Shown here one piece after another: positions 20,449 through 35,001 of a stretch of 64,000 nucleotides of DNA (within the stretch, counting starts at the first letter, position 1; every line of letters begins with the position of its first letter). Origin of the DNA: Felis catus (taxonomy: Eukaryota); contig NC_058368.1 in NCBI RefSeq assembly GCF_018350175.1, positions 92,196,001 to 92,260,000 of the forward strand, given 5' to 3'. The translations under genes and the position numbers were made by a program. The notes beneath the pieces were generated by a model that was not told the DNA's origin, searched no databases, and saw nothing but the letters and a program-made list of their open reading frames with translations.

Positions 20449-23400
20449 AGAAATTACTCTTAGTAAAGAAGTCCATTGGAATAGTCTACCTCTGTTTCTG
20501 TTCAGTAGCATAACTATTTAAGGGATGATCCAGAATGGAGAAACCTGGGGAAAGGTAGAGAGCAAGATAGAAGCTGTCAGGACAAGAAAAGGTGGGTGAG
20601 AAAACACTGAAGAGACAGAGAGAGGAAAAAAGATGCTAAGGGAAACAAGGCAACCCTGCCTTCTTATCTAGTCCATAGTTCCTATTCCTAGTGCTCTGCA
20701 AGCCCTCTTGGGATATTTCTTAGTGCTTTCCCTCCCCAATTTATCATTGATTAAAGGTAGTATAGTGTTTATCTAGCGTTCCTTGTGATTTTCAAATGCC
20801 TTTACTTGTTTTCATATGTATGAAGAACTTCTTACACGTTTTTTCTTTTTATTTGCATGAGAATGTGTACGTGACTTATATTTTCATGGGTTTTTTTGTT
20901 CACTTTTGAGTAAAGGTTTTTTTTTTTTCTTTCTTCCCCCAGTGCCTAGCATAACTTCATTAACTTAATAAGATAGTTTTTCTGCCTTTTTTTTTTTTTT
21001 CTTTTGTACCTGGCATCATGGTTCCTTAATATGTATTTGAGAGAGAGCCTTTGGAGGAAAAGGCAGGAAACCTGGATTTGACTCCTAGTCCCTTACTACC
21101 TGGTTCTCTGGTCATGGCCCTTAACTTAAAAAAAATTTTTTTTTTTAATGTTTATTTACTTTTGAGAGAGGGAAAGAGACACAGAGTGTATGCTGGGGAG
21201 GGTCAGAGAGAGAAGGAGACACAGAATCCGAAGCAGGCTCCAGGCTCTGAGCTATTAGCATAGAGCCCTACACGGGCTCAAACTCCCAAACTGAGATCAT
21301 GACCTGAGCCGATGTTGGACGCTTAACCAACTGAGCCACTCAGGCGCCCCTAAGTAGGTTATTTAATCCTCACAATAGTCTTAACCAGTAGATTCTATTA
21401 ATAATGTCTGGTACCTGTATAATAGATGGGACAGTTCAGGGTTGGAGAGGTTAAGTGGTTTTCCCCAAGGTCACATGGCTAGTGAGTGGCAGAGCCAGGA
21501 TTTGAATATAGTTAATGTTTAGTTTTTGATGTTTACAGTGAGTTCATGGTGATGTCCTAGGAGCAGTGAGCAGTTAAAATCGAATTATTAGATAGGTCTC
21601 ATCTTTAAGTTGCTTATAGTCCAAAGTCACAGAATGAACAAATGTACCACAATTATAGTGTCCATGATATGAGAGCAACTTTGTTTAGGGACAAAGCTAA
21701 CTGGTTGGTTTATTAATTTCCACATAGTCATAAAGTACAAATTAGGATGATAATAGACTTTAATAAATTTGCAATTCTGTATTACAGTATGAGGAAGAAA
21801 ATGGTTTGGAGTTAGGTCTTTCCATCTTTGTGCATAATGGAAGTATTAAACTAAGGAAATAGGGAATTACACATTTGCAAAGCATCATACAAATATGTAT
21901 TATTTTTTGAGAGATTAGGTCCTTGGTGGTTGTGAACTTTTTAAGTCATTTCAGATTTTGGCTCCTTAGCTGATTTTTTAAACTGTTTATGGATTTGGAG
22001 AGTGGAGAATAATAAGGCATAGGGTGATATTTGAGTTAAGTGTTGAGTAACATACTGTGTAAATTGATAAATTGATTGATATTAAAATTGCATCAAATTT
22101 GATGAGTTATTTTTCCTTAAAAGGAAGCCAAAACTTAATTATAGCGTGTATTGATTACTTTCACACTTTGAAAGTTAGATACTATGATGTTCATGCCTAT
22201 AATTTTAGCACATTTACTTTTATATTAAAATTGCATATGGAGCTTACGTTTCATTATTTGAAAAAATTATTGTGGCATTAATGTATTTAGCATCTCTTCC
22301 ACATTGTGCGGCTAGTTTCTAGTTAACTTTGCTTTGAAAAGGAGTCTCTCTTTTTTTTTATTATTTTTTAAAATGTTTATTTATTTATTTTTTTGAGAGA
22401 CAGAGTATGAGCAGGGGAGGGGCAAAGAGAAAAACACAGAATCTGAAGAGGCTCCAGGCTCTGAGCTGTCAGCACAGAGCCCGATGCGGGGCTTGAACTT
22501 ACAAGTGGTGAGATCATGACCTGAGCCGAAGTCGGACGCTCAACCTACTGAACCACCCAGGTGCCCCTGAAAAGGAGTCCCTTAATGGTTTTGTTGAAAG
22601 AGTAGTGCCACTTTGGGATGAAAGCAAAATTAGACCTCAGCATGTTTACATAGTAGGACAAATCTCTGCTAGATTGAATGTTTTCATCCTCAAAACAACG
22701 ATGCAAATATTTTACCAAACATTTCATTCATCTTTTTATCATTTATCAGTGTCACCGTGGAGCTAAATATGGTAGGAATGAGCACTGAGAGCTACAAGTA
22801 GAATCTTTTACTAAAACATGAAAACTACCAAGTTGATAATATCTTTCTGCCCCTTCACCCATGTTCAAAGTGAATTCAGTACATTTTAAATGGTAATGGT
22901 TGAGTACTCACACATGCTTAGTTTGGGTTATTTTTGTACATAAATGATGTATTCTTAGTAGGCAGGCTCTGTTAGGAAAGTTTGAATCTGACTGATTTTA
23001 GTTGTGAGCTTATTGAGGAGAGTATGTTTTACTTAACTGTAATCCCGGCTTCTTGCATAGCGCCTGGCATAGAATAGGGGCTTAATATATGATTAATGAT
23101 TGATTGAATGAATGGAATAAAATTAGTTACAGGTGAAATATAGCATAGCTTTCCCAAGACAACTTCCAAGAAAATTAAAGCATCTTCTTGGAACTGGCAG
23201 AAATAGTAGAGATTTTTGAATTAAGTTGTATACAGTGTCAGAGAGATAAAATGGTTTTTGATCACACAGCTAGTTAGTTGAAAGATTTTTTACTAGCTGA
23301 ACACAAGCCTACCGAGTCTTGCTCTAGTGATCATTCCAGCACACTTCCAGCCCTCTGTAGTTAAAATTTTTATGAAGTAAATGGGGAATGGATGATTAAG

Positions 23401-24959
23401 TCTATAACGACTGTGCTGAATTTTCAGAAAGGTCCATAGAAAAGAACCTACTACAGAGATCATCTTTTAGAATCCAGCAATTGTCATTTACCATGGAAAT
23501 AGCTGAAATTCCTAGATCAGGTTAAATTTAGTTACTTCATTTTTATCCCATAATTTCAAGATGACTAAACACTTTTTAAAAAGCAGATGACAGCACTGAA
23601 AGCTTATAATCCATTAAAGCATTCCATAAAACGTTTCCAGAAATTAAAAACCTTGGTAAATCAAAAGCCTCACTTAAGAAGTCTTAGAGAGCCAAAACTG
23701 TATAGGTTAATCTCCAGTTTTATGTTATTTTTACGGTGAAGATTTTGTTGAAAATTTTAAATCTAATGAAAATTAGAAAAATTGTACACATACTTACCAT
23801 TGTATTTGTGGCTTTGTTCCTCATTTCTGTAATATAATAGTGACATTAACAAATGATAGAACCTTTTATGAAGTAGTTTGGGTAACTTTTTAAAAATAAG
23901 TGATTTTTTTTCCCAGACTAAAATTATAATAACAGCTTTAATTCATTTAATGCTTATTCTGCTCAATTTACTCAAACATGAACAGATGTTTTCTCTTAAC
24001 ATGCGTTATCTTATTTAATCATATGAATAATCATTTGAGGCAGGTGTTATTATTATCGTAGGCTCAGAGCTGTTAAATAATTTGCTTATGGTCCCAACAG
24101 CTACTAAGTGGTGGAGCTAGGATTCAAACCCAGGTTGGTATGCTTTTAGAGCTTGCGCTCTTTTCTAGTACTATATTGTACTGGATTATAGACATGCATT
24201 ATTAAATTGTTCAAAACACGTTTGAGGACTTCCTGTGTGTCTAACATTATACCTAGTACTCTAGAAGCTACAAAAGTCAAAAAAGACATTGTTAGTCTGG
24301 ATCAGTTGAAGAAATAAATATACCTACATCAAATCATTTGAGAACTGTTATAAATCACCATTACCTTATAACTGAAGGCTAGAGCCAGAAGCTTTGAAAA
24401 ATTTGTTTTTTTCTCCCCGTATGCATATAAAAATACTTATCAGTAATGTTGACTTATGCTTTTTTGGTCCAACCACTAAGCTTGGTTCTTTTAACAGGTT
24501 TTCATGGGATGTGACATTACCAGCATACTATGGAAACGTTCAGTGGGATATATTAGTCTGTACAGTGAACCATAACTTTTTAATGATCATTTTTAGATTC
24601 TGTTGTTCAACAGATTGGTTTTCTCCCTCTGTATGCTTCCAGCATATATTAACTGGTGATGTTTCATCCACCATGAAGTCTGCTAAGACTAGACTTTAAC
24701 ATTTGTGGGTAAGTAAGCCATTTTTTGCAGTTTAAAAACTGGATTGGTAGCATTTTGAAACTTTAATTGAAAATGGTCTTTTGGCCACTTCAGCACCAAA
24801 CCCCTCCTTATTGAATTTTTGGGGACTTTCAGCATCTTCTCACAAAGCATTTTGATTTTTTCCAATGTTTTGCTTAAGACGTGTTGCCTAAGTAGGCATA
24901 CATCATATGTGAACCAATTGACTATATATAGTAAATAAATGATTTTTATTAATATTCAG

Positions 24960-25156
24960 AAAGGGAGCAAATAGATACCTAACTGTGAAGAAGAAAGATG
25001 GATCAGAAACAGCTCATGCAATGATGACCTGTAATTTGACTCATAATACAAAACATGCTGTTAGGAGCCTAATTCAAAGATTTCCTGTCACCAATAAAGA
25101 GCGTACTGAACTTCTGCCTAAAACAGAAAGAGGAAATGTGTTTGCAGTTGAAGCTG
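24960..25156 (+). CDS. YTHDC2: YTHDC2 exon 3
   Basis: KGANRYLTVKKKDGSETAHAMM...VFAVEA; 197 nt, phase-consistent. Confidence 0.96.
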
Positions 25157-26473
25157 GTATGTATTTTCTGGGGGAGCTTCCTTGTTTATCCTATTAATTG
25201 ATGACTGTTCTTTTTCCATTTTAAATTAATTTAAAAAAACACTAAGATGAAGTAAGATTTCTCAGTTTGAATAGTCTGTTAGAAATGATAAAGAACTGTG
25301 AAAATTTGGGAATGAAATGCAGTGTTAAGGCATGTCATGAAGTTAGACAAATCTTTAAGTGTCACAGTAATAGCTATCATTTTTGGAGCACTTATTGTGT
25401 GCTAGGCAGGATACTAAACTCTTTATAGAGGGCCTCATAGCAACCCTCCCAAGGTAAGAATTTCCTCTGTTTCAAGGGTGAGTAGACTGGGGTGCAGAGC
25501 AGTTAAATAATTTGTTCAAGGCTACTCAACCAGCCTGTAAACGGCAGAGCTGGGATTTGGCTTCAAGGTCTGGACTTTGCTGTATTAATGTTGCCGAGGC
25601 ACGCTAATGAGTGCGATTTTGAACTGGGGCTTTAGCTTCTGGTAAGAGGACAGAGTCTTCATTACGCTAACTTGCTGAAAGCTAGATACATGATACATTT
25701 AGGTTATAGAATGAAGCTGTAATTTTATTATTTGGAAAAATAACTTCCTAGTGAGAAAACCATTAATAACCTAAAGCAACAGATTTCATAATTTCCATCG
25801 TCTGTTGGAGTAGGTTTGCAGAGTGTAGCAAACACATGGTCTTAGATAGCGAGGGAATTAAGTTTTAAATACATGCACACAAAAATGTTTTGAATTATGT
25901 GAAGAGTATAAAACATTATGCTTTTTTATTCTTGTCTTATTAATAAAATGTAGCTGTTGGCAAAAATTTTCAATTAGGAAATTTGTTAAGCATTAGGACT
26001 TTATGTTTACACATATCATTCTATCTGTTCACATAATCTTACATAGTTAGCTTTAAACACAGAGAATATTTTTCTTTTCATAACGTGTTTTCATATTGTA
26101 CATAACAGACTTTATAAATAATGCACATTGTTACCTACTTACAAAATTTTATTTTTTTGTGTCTAATTATTGATAGAAGCAAGCCTGAAAACTGTTTTAG
26201 GATATCAGAATCGTGTTTTATTTTTAATGGGTATGGAGTGATTGATTTTTGTTTGTAAATGTTATGCACGAGAAACACTTTTAGCAATTTGCTTTCTAAT
26301 TACTATTGAAATTTATAACTTATTTTTTAAAGAATATTAAGCATAGAGTGCAACACTAAGCTATTGCTTGCTAACTTTATACAGACTGAATAGAGAAATT
26401 ACTTATCTTTGTGTTTAACGCTTTTTAAAAAATGTTGATCATAAATGTTTTTGTTTTTTATTCATTTTCAAAG

Positions 26474-26673
26474 AAAACCGGGAAATGAGCAAAACAAGTG
26501 GGCGACTCAACAATGGCATACCTCAGATTCCAGTGAAAAGAGGAGAATCTGAATTTGATTCTTTCAGGCAGTCTCTGCCCGTGTTTGAGAAACAAGAAGA
26601 AATTGTTAAAATAATTAAAGAAAATAAAGTAGTTTTGATTGTAGGAGAAACTGGGTCTGGAAAGACTACACAG
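26474..26673 (+). CDS. YTHDC2: YTHDC2 exon 4 (Walker A GETGSGKTT)
   Basis: ENREMSKTSGRLNNG...VGETGSGKTTQ; 200 nt. Confidence 0.97.
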
Positions 26674-28217
26674 GTTGGTTTCTTCTTTGTTGTTTATGGA
26701 AGAAAAAATATTTTTTTCCACATGGCAGTTTTATAACAAATTTATACTACATGTATTTTAACAAAAACAACCCCTTTTGGGTACTTTAATGTTTATTTCA
26801 AAAATAAATTGTTACTGGGAGTATGTTTTGAGAATTGGTAGAAAGGAAATGTTTTAAAATATTTTTAAACTAGCACCTTGGGCCTCCATTTAAATAGAAT
26901 CGGGGATGTGGTTTGGCATCATGAAAGGAATATGGACTGGGCTAGTCTTGTTAGCCTCTGTGAGCCGGAGCCCTCGTTTGTAAAATGGAGCTAATACTTG
27001 CTCCCGTTCACCATGACGTTTAGAGAGGTCTATAAAGTGCCTGTCAGTGTTTTGTGCATAGGAGTTAAACTAACAGCAATATTAATAATACCAAACGTTA
27101 ATATAAAGTTGACTGTAGACGTTGAGGCCTGCGCAGGTCCCAACCTGTCTGTGGTTTGGGGTTGCTATCTGCCTCATAAAGGAAAGTAGAGGGTTTATCT
27201 TCTGGGAAGACAAAGTCGTCTTATCCTCTGAAAAAGCCTCCTACATAGTTAGCTTTGGCTCTTCTGGGAATAGGGAGGCAGGGATTGAGGCCTCCTGAGT
27301 CTGGGTTTTCAGGTGAGGTAGAGAAGACCGTGTTTATAACCAGAAAGGTATTTAGTGGTGTTTTAAATATTATGCCTACATGCCTGTTATCTGTTAGATA
27401 TCCTAAAAATGATTTCTCTCAGTTTTTTGTTTGCTCTGTAGCTTTGCTTTGTGGTATCTTGTGTATTAGCTTTACTAATTATTTAGTCACATCTGTCAAT
27501 CTTTTTTTTAGGGCTTTGAGCCATGCTGAGAAAGGCATTTCCTATCCCAAGATTAAAAAACATTTTCCTATAAATACTTTATTCTAGTATTTTTGTATTT
27601 ATAGTTTTAAAAATCCATCTGGAATTTATAATATCATGTCAGGTAGGAATCCATCTTACTGTTTTCTTCATGTTAATATCTAGTTGTTCCGATATAATTT
27701 TTATTTAATTATCTTTTCCCCCTTCACTTAAGGTAGCCCTTTTGATCAAACGAAGTTTCTATAGTACTTGGGTCTATTTCTGGAATTTTTGTTATCTGTC
27801 TTTAATTATTTTTGCACCAGGATCCCTCTTTTTTGCTTTTTGTCGTTTTACAGTATGTAGCATAATATTCCAGTTTATTATCTTCTCTTCTTAAATATTT
27901 CCTAAGAGAAAATTATTTCCTTAAATATTTCCTATTTATGTTCATTTATGCTTCTGTATAAACTAGTCAAGTTTAAAAAAATCCTAGAGGCTGAAACATG
28001 CATGAAATGATGCTCTCTCTCTCTCACTTACAGTTAAATGAAATCAAAACAATGATTATATTTTTCAACTATCGGAGGGGCAGAAACTAAAACATTAACG
28101 ATACGTATTTGCATAGGTGTTGGGAAAGCAGCATCTTCTGCTTTATGGGCAGGAGTATAAATTGTTTTGGAGGGCGATTTGATACTACTTCTCTCCAATT
28201 TAAATTTACATACTCTT

Positions 28218-28462
28218 GGGGTGGCTGGGTGGCTCAGTTGGTTTAGTATCTGACTCTTGATTTCAGCTCAGGTAATAATCCTGGGGTCGTGGGATCTAGC
28301 CCTGTGTTGGGCTCTGTGCTGAGCATGGAGTCAGCTTGGGTCTCTCTCTCTCTCCCTCTGCCCCTCTCCCCTGTTCTCTCTAAAACAAACAAACAAACAA
28401 ACAAACAAAACCCACCTTAAAACATTTACATGCTCTTTCATTTGACCTGTGTGTGTGTGTGT

Positions 28463-28510
<48 letters not shown>

Positions 28511-28533
28511 TTTTTTTTTAATATTTATTCATT

Positions 28534-28570
<37 letters not shown>

Positions 28571-28756
28571 ATGAGCAGGGGAGGGGCAGAGAGATAGAGA
28601 CAGACAGACAGACAGACACAGAATCCAAAGCAGGCTCCAGGCTCCAGGCTCCGAACTGTCAGCACAGAGCCCAGTGTGGAGCTTGAGCCACAAATCATGA
28701 GATCATGACCTTAGCCAAAGTCGGACACTTAACCGACTGAGCCATCTAGGTGCCCC
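28218..28756. mobile_element. Tail-to-tail Can-SINE pair around a (TG)9(CG)4(CA)17 microsatellite
   Basis: + SINE 28218-28410, microsatellite 28448-28508, - SINE 28510-28756. Confidence 0.9.
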
Positions 28757-30044
28757 TGCATATATATCTTTATAAAAGTTTGTGAAGATATTCATTGCAG
28801 CAGTTTTTATAATAGCAAGCAGTAATATCAGTAACTTAAAAAAACTAGAAATTATTTAACATGATATTTGTTAAATTATAGCACATCCCTAGGATGGAAT
28901 ATGCAGCTATTAGAATGGATTACGTAGATCTGAGTATTAAGTGAAATCTGCAAATTTTATAAACATTAAGTACGGTAATCGCTTTGTGTGAATAAAAGCC
29001 TGTTAATATACACAAATATCCTAAATTGTGTAAACATTTTTTTCCCTGAAACAGTTCATAAGAAGTAATAGTTATTTTTTAAAAATAGTTATTTTTGAAA
29101 GAGAGAGAGGGAGGGAGAGAGAGAACGTGAGTGGGGAAGGGGCAGAGAGAGAGGGAGACACAGAATCTGAAGTAGGCTTCAGGCTCTGAGTTGTCAGTAC
29201 AGAGCCTGATGCGGGACTTGAACTTACGAAATGTGAGATCATGACCAGAGCCAAAGTCAGATGCTTAACTGACTGAACCACCCAGGCGCCCCAATAGTAG
29301 TTACTTTTTTGGAGAATACTGGTAGTGGTACGGCAAGAAAGACTTACTTTTTAAGTCCTTCTGACATGTACATCCCAGTATTAGGCTATTTTTGCTTTCT
29401 TTATGCTTTTCACTATTTAAAAAAATTTCAGTGGAATTTTGATTGTTGTTTCGTTGACTTTATAGAATAATTTGGATAGAATTGACATTTTTGAAGTATT
29501 GATTATTTCTACTCAAGATTGTGTCCTATTTCTTTATTCAGTTAGTGTTTTTTAGTTGTATTTTATATTTGTGGAATTTGTATTTGTGCAAGCCTTATTT
29601 CTCTGTGAATTTGGTTTTTTTCACAAATTTTTTTTTAAAGCTTATTTATTTATTTGAGAGAGTGAGCAGGGGAGAGGCAGAGATAGAGATAGAATCCCAA
29701 GCAGGCGCCTTGCTGTCAGCACAAGAGCCTGAGGTGGGGCTCGATCCTAGGTACTGTGAGATCATGACCTGAACTGAAACCAAGAGTCAGATGCTTAACC
29801 AGCTGAGTGCCCCTGTATGAATTTGTTTTTAGTATTTTCATTTTAGTTTCTCTTGTGAATCAGATCTTTGAAAATTACATTTTCTAGCTGATTGTTAGAA
29901 GTTACATAAAAGTTGTTGATTTTATGATTATTTGGACACGTTACCAAACTTTTCTAATTCTAGTAGTTTTTCAGTTGTGATTGACTTGGACTTTCTGGGT
30001 ATATAGTCATGTCATTTTATAGTACTTTAAAACTTTCATTTCAG

Positions 30045-30211
30045 ATTCCTCAGTTCCTTTTAGATGATTGCTTTAAAAATGGTATCCCCTGCCGTATATT
30101 TTGTACCCAGCCAAGAAGGTTAGCAGCTATTGCTGTGGCTGAAAGAGTTGCTGCAGAGAGAAGAGAAAGGATTGGTCAAACGATTGGATATCAGATCCGA
30201 TTAGAAAGCAG
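30045..30211 (+). CDS. YTHDC2: YTHDC2 exon 5 (motif Ia TQPRRLAA)
   Basis: IPQFLLDD...[36 protein letters not shown]; 167 nt. Confidence 0.97.
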
Positions 30212-30727
30212 GTAACCATGGTTCTCCTGTAGCCTAGCATTCTTAGAAAAGATTAATGTTTATATTTCATTAAATAGGGACTATGTTAGTCAAAAAGTTA
30301 GGTGATCATTTTGCTCCAAGTAAGTCTTTGATAGGATGTTGAGGTCATGTCTGAACTTCATAAGGTTTTGAATACATAGTTGAAGAAAGAGTTCGGGCCA
30401 TGGATACAAATCCCATTTCATAGGGGGATTTATGATCGAATACAAGTTATTTTGCCTCCTTAAGGTTTAAAAAAAAAAAAAATCTATTTAATGGTTTCTT
30501 AAAATAATTAATAAAACCCTGTTAGTAATAAAAATTTTGTGAGTTCGTCAGGTATAAAATACATATTTCAATAACTTGGCTAATAAAGCATACAAACTGC
30601 TATGCTATATTAGTAACTTTAACATTTATAAAACTTACATATGAGATTAGCATTTAATGTAATCATGTTTTAATTACATTTAAGAGTTGTAATTGTATGC
30701 TTTATTTTTGTTTGTTTTTTTAAAAAG

Positions 30728-30830
30728 GGTTTCTCCAAAGACACTTCTGACATTTTGCACTAATGGGGTATTGCTTCGTACATTGATGGCGGGAGATAGT
30801 ACATTGTCGACTGTGACACATGTTATTGTG
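30728..30830 (+). CDS. YTHDC2: YTHDC2 exon 6
   Basis: VSPKTLLTFCTNGVLLRTLMAGDSTLSTVTHVIV; 103 nt. Confidence 0.96.
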
Positions 30831-31720
30831 GTAAGAATATTGCTGAGTTTAGCCGTATACAACTCAGATTGCTTAAAAATTTGAATATGTAATTAATTAT
30901 ATTTTTAGAATAGAATGGGGTGAAAGCCAGTTTTTTTTTGAACAGGTATTATAATGAAGTTACTTTTTATTGCCTGTAATTATTAGAAATAAATTTTACT
31001 TGTATTAAGTAAAGAATTCTTACCATTAGGTTTTATGAGGGCAAATTAAATGTATAGGTAGATTTTCAAAAAGTGCTTTTTATATGTGAAAATGATACAA
31101 CTACTTAGCGTTCCTCAGAATGGGGTGAAAATTTTCTTTTTTTTCTCTCTCTGCTTAGTCATCTGATTCCACCTTTGGCTAATATGTATTTCCCAGTCTT
31201 CGCTTTACAGTCATTTAACTTCATAGTTAAGCTGCTAAATTAAGTAGCTGTTGATGAAGTAGATGAATTACCACCTTATTAAAAAGTTGTAAGCTTTTAT
31301 CCAGTTTGTGTCAGAAAACAATTAGATTAAGTTTTAGAAGCTTGCAATAAGCAGCTTTAGAAAACTTATTAGTTTTGTTCATTCAAACCAAAGGGCGCAC
31401 CTGTACCCTGATGCTAATTGAAGCATGTTTAAGTAGATTCTATATTTATCAAATTATGTTAAATTAGACTCCACTAATTCCGAATTTGTTGTAGTTTGTA
31501 TGTCTTTTATATTATGTTAAGAGGCAGTGCTTTGTTTCAGTTGGTTGTTAATGTCTGATTATTTCTGAATTGTCCATAATACAACACTTTCACGAGTACC
31601 AATTGGCCTTGTTCACATTTAATTTGAATTACTATAAAACCCAGCAGCCCCATAATTTTAAAGGCTTAGTCATCCATAATGTTTTAACTATTCCATGGTT
31701 TTATTTTTTGTTTACTGCAG

Positions 31721-31877
31721 GACGAAGTACATGAAAGGGATCGATTTAGTGATTTTTTACTTACAAAGTTAAGAGATCTGTTGCAAAAGCACCCAACTTT
31801 GAAACTTATTCTTTCTAGTGCCGCCTTGGATGTAAATCTTTTTATAAGATATTTTGGAAGTTGCCCAGTGATCTATA
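31721..31877 (+). CDS. YTHDC2: YTHDC2 exon 7 (DEVH box, motif III SAA)
   Basis: DEVHERDRFSDFLLTKLRDLLQKHPTLKLILSSAALDVNLFIRYFGSCPVIY; 157 nt. Confidence 0.97.
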
Positions 31878-34082
31878 GTAAGTTAAATTGTCAGATTTCT
31901 TCTAGGATTTTAATGAAAGTATACTTTTGGCGTGATTATATTTATTGTAATAGGAATTGGGGAATGTTCTGAAGTAGAGTGCATCCATTTCTGTTTTCTC
32001 TGAGACCTGCCTCCTAATCATTCATCTGTATATATTTCCATCCTCTCCTTTTCCACCTATACTCGTTGATATTGTGTTGTGAGGCAGTTTTTCATTCTTA
32101 AAAGGAAATGTGCTTTATTGTGGTCCTGTATCCTCCTTAAATTCTGTCCTACAGCTTCCCTTTAATTGCTAGACTCCTTGAAAAGAGCAGTCTACACTCC
32201 TGTGTTTACTTCCTGTGTACTTTTTTTTTAATATGATTTTTTTATTTAAAAAAATGTTTATTTATTTTGAGAGAGCGAGTGAGCAGGGGAGGTGTAGGGG
32301 TTGAGGGAGACAGAGGATCCCCAGCAGGCTCCATGCTGTCAGCACAGAGCACAATGCGGGGCTCGAACTTACAAACCATGAGGTCATGACTTGAGCTGAA
32401 ACCAAGAGTCAGACGCTTAACCGACTGAACCACCCAGAAGCCCCTAAGCAGCTATTTTAATATTTCATAATACGAATGTACCATGATTTATTTAACCATT
32501 TATTTTTGAACACTCAGATTGGTTCTAGACTCTGCTCATCCCCCCTCATAAACAGTGTTATAATAAACATCCTGTATGTATATCCTTATATACTGGTGCT
32601 CTTATTTCTAGGGATAGATTCCTGAAAGTACAATTGTTGAGTAAAAGAGTGTATCTGTTTTTAATTTTGACAGCTTTTGCCATTTTACTTTTTCAAAGAG
32701 CTGAAATGATTTATATTTCTGTAGTGTATGGGGTTGTTCATTCATGTATTGTTACCAGTATTGTTTTGATACTGATATAATTGCCAAGCCTACTATTTAA
32801 ATTTTCCACAAAAATCTTACTTAAATTTTCCATATTTCTCATGGTTGGCCCCTCTTTTTTGTATGTGAAATGCTCACATCCCAGAATTTATTTGACAACA
32901 CTGTCTCCTAATTCTGCATTAGCACTTGTACCCTCATGGTCTCCTTGGTGGGCTTCTCTGTTGCATGGTGCTTATATATTGGTATTCTTTGGGATTATTC
33001 CCTTGATCCTTTTTTTTTTCTTCTTTCTCATTCATCTTCCCTTCCTTCTTCCTTCCTTTGTTTTCCTCTTCTTTCCTGGTCTGTGCTGTACTCTACTAGG
33101 TACTGGAGATGCACAGGTAGTTTCCCTGGAAGCTCTCATTCATGCCTGTGGCTTCTACTTTCTTTTTATACTCATGGACCCTGAATCTTTGTTTCTGTTT
33201 ATTTTTTGTTTATTTTGAACATTTTCTTTAAGTAAGCTTTATGCCCAGAGTGGGGCTTGAACTCATGACCCCCTGAGATCAAGAGTCCCATGCTCTACCA
33301 ACTGAGCCAGCCAGGGGCTCCCTGAATCTTTGTTTCTAATTCAAACTGTTCTCCAGAGCTTTGGGCTTTGATGTCTTATAAGCAGCTCATTTCTAATATG
33401 TCCCAACCTAAATATTTTATCTCTTCTACAAAAATCTGTGTTAGGGTGCTTGGGTGGCTCAGTCGGTTAAGCATCCGACTTCGGCTCAGGTCATGATCTC
33501 GTGGTCCGTGAGTTCGAGCCCCGCATCAGGCTCTGTGCTGACAGCTCAGAGCCTGGAGCCTGTTTCAGATTCTGTGTCTCCCTCTCTCTCTGACCCTCCC
33601 CCGTTCATGCTGTCTCTCCCTGTCTCAAAAATAAACGTTAAAAAAAAATTAAAAACAAAATCTGTGTTGTCCGTTTTAGTTAATCATACCATCAACCTAA
33701 TCACCTACATCACAAACCAGTCTTTCTTACAAAACTTATACATCTGCTAGTTGAAAGCTCGTTTTGTCACCTCACATTTGACATGTCTAAAACCAAACCC
33801 CAGCTCCCACCAGCCAGTCTGTTGCTTTTAGCTTTGCTTGTTACCTTTGAGATTGACCTCATCATGTATCCGGTTTTGTGCGCCAGACATCTAAGAAACA
33901 TGGTTGACCCTTCATATCATTCCTTCATATCCAATTTAATGCTGAGTTTTGTGTATTTTGCTTCCTATCTCTGGAGTCTGTCTCTTGTCCGTTTTTTATC
34001 ATCACCAGTTTTATTCAAATATTGTTCTCTTTTACTTGAATTATCAGATGATAACCTGGTCTCTTCCATCCCCTCTGCTCTC

Positions 34083-34084
<2 letters not shown>

Positions 34085-34129
<45 letters not shown>

Positions 34130-35001
34130 GAGAGTGCACGTATGCACACAAGAAAGAGTGGGGGAAAGGCAGAGAGAGAAGAGAGAGAATACCAAGCACA
34201 CTCCATGCTGTCAGCGTAGATGCAGGGCTTGATGTCATAACTGACCTGAGCCGAAATCAAGAGTTGGATGCCTAACCAACTGAGCCAACCAGGCACCCCC
34301 ATTCCTCTGCTCTCTTTTATTTATTTTATTTTTAAAAATTTTTAATGTTTTTTTTTTTATTTTTATTTTTTTTTCAACGTTTATTTATTTTTGGGACAGA
34401 GAGAGACAGAGCATGAACGGGGGAGGGGCAGAGAGAGAGGGAGACACAGAATCAGAAGCAGGCTCCAGGCTCTGAGCCATCAGCCCAGAGCCCGACGTGG
34501 GGCTCGAACTCCCGGACCGCGAGATCGTGACCTGGCTGAAGTCGGACGCTTAACCGACGGCGCCACCCAGGCGCCCCATTAATGTTTATTTTTAATGTTT
34601 ATTTATTTTTGAGAGGGACAGAGACAGAATGTGAGTGGGTTAGGGGCAGAGAGAGAGGGAGACACAGAATCTGAAGCAGGCTCCAGGCTCCGAGCTGTCA
34701 GCAGAGCCTGACATGGGGCTCGAATTCATGAGCTGTGAGATCATGACCTGAGCCAAAGTCAGACGCTCAACTGACTGAGCCACCCAGGTGCCCCTTAATG
34801 TTTGTTTATTTTTGAGAGAGAGAGAGAGAGAGAACATAAGCAGGGGAGGGACAGAGAGAGAGGGAGACACAGAATCCAAAGCAGGCTCTGGGCTCTGAGC
34901 TGCCAGCACAGAGCCTGATGTGGGGCTTGAACCCATGAACCATGAGATCATGACCTGAGCCAAAGTCCAATGCTTAACCAACTGAGCTATCCAGGTGCTT
35001 C
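34085..35001 (-). mobile_element. Stack of four antisense Can-SINEs with a (TCTA)n microsatellite
   Basis: Bodies about 34085-34300, 34340-34578 (young), 34580-34795, 34797-35001. Confidence 0.92.

Noticed and set aside
31811..31825. Motif III reads SAA rather than SAT
   Set aside because: As I recall this is the normal YTHDC2 sequence, not a lineage-specific change.
32781..33218. 145-aa hydrophobic ORF in intron 7 (similar ones at 14416-14865 and 47318-47815)
   Set aside because: Products of T-rich L1/L2-derived sequence, with no recognisable protein similarity.
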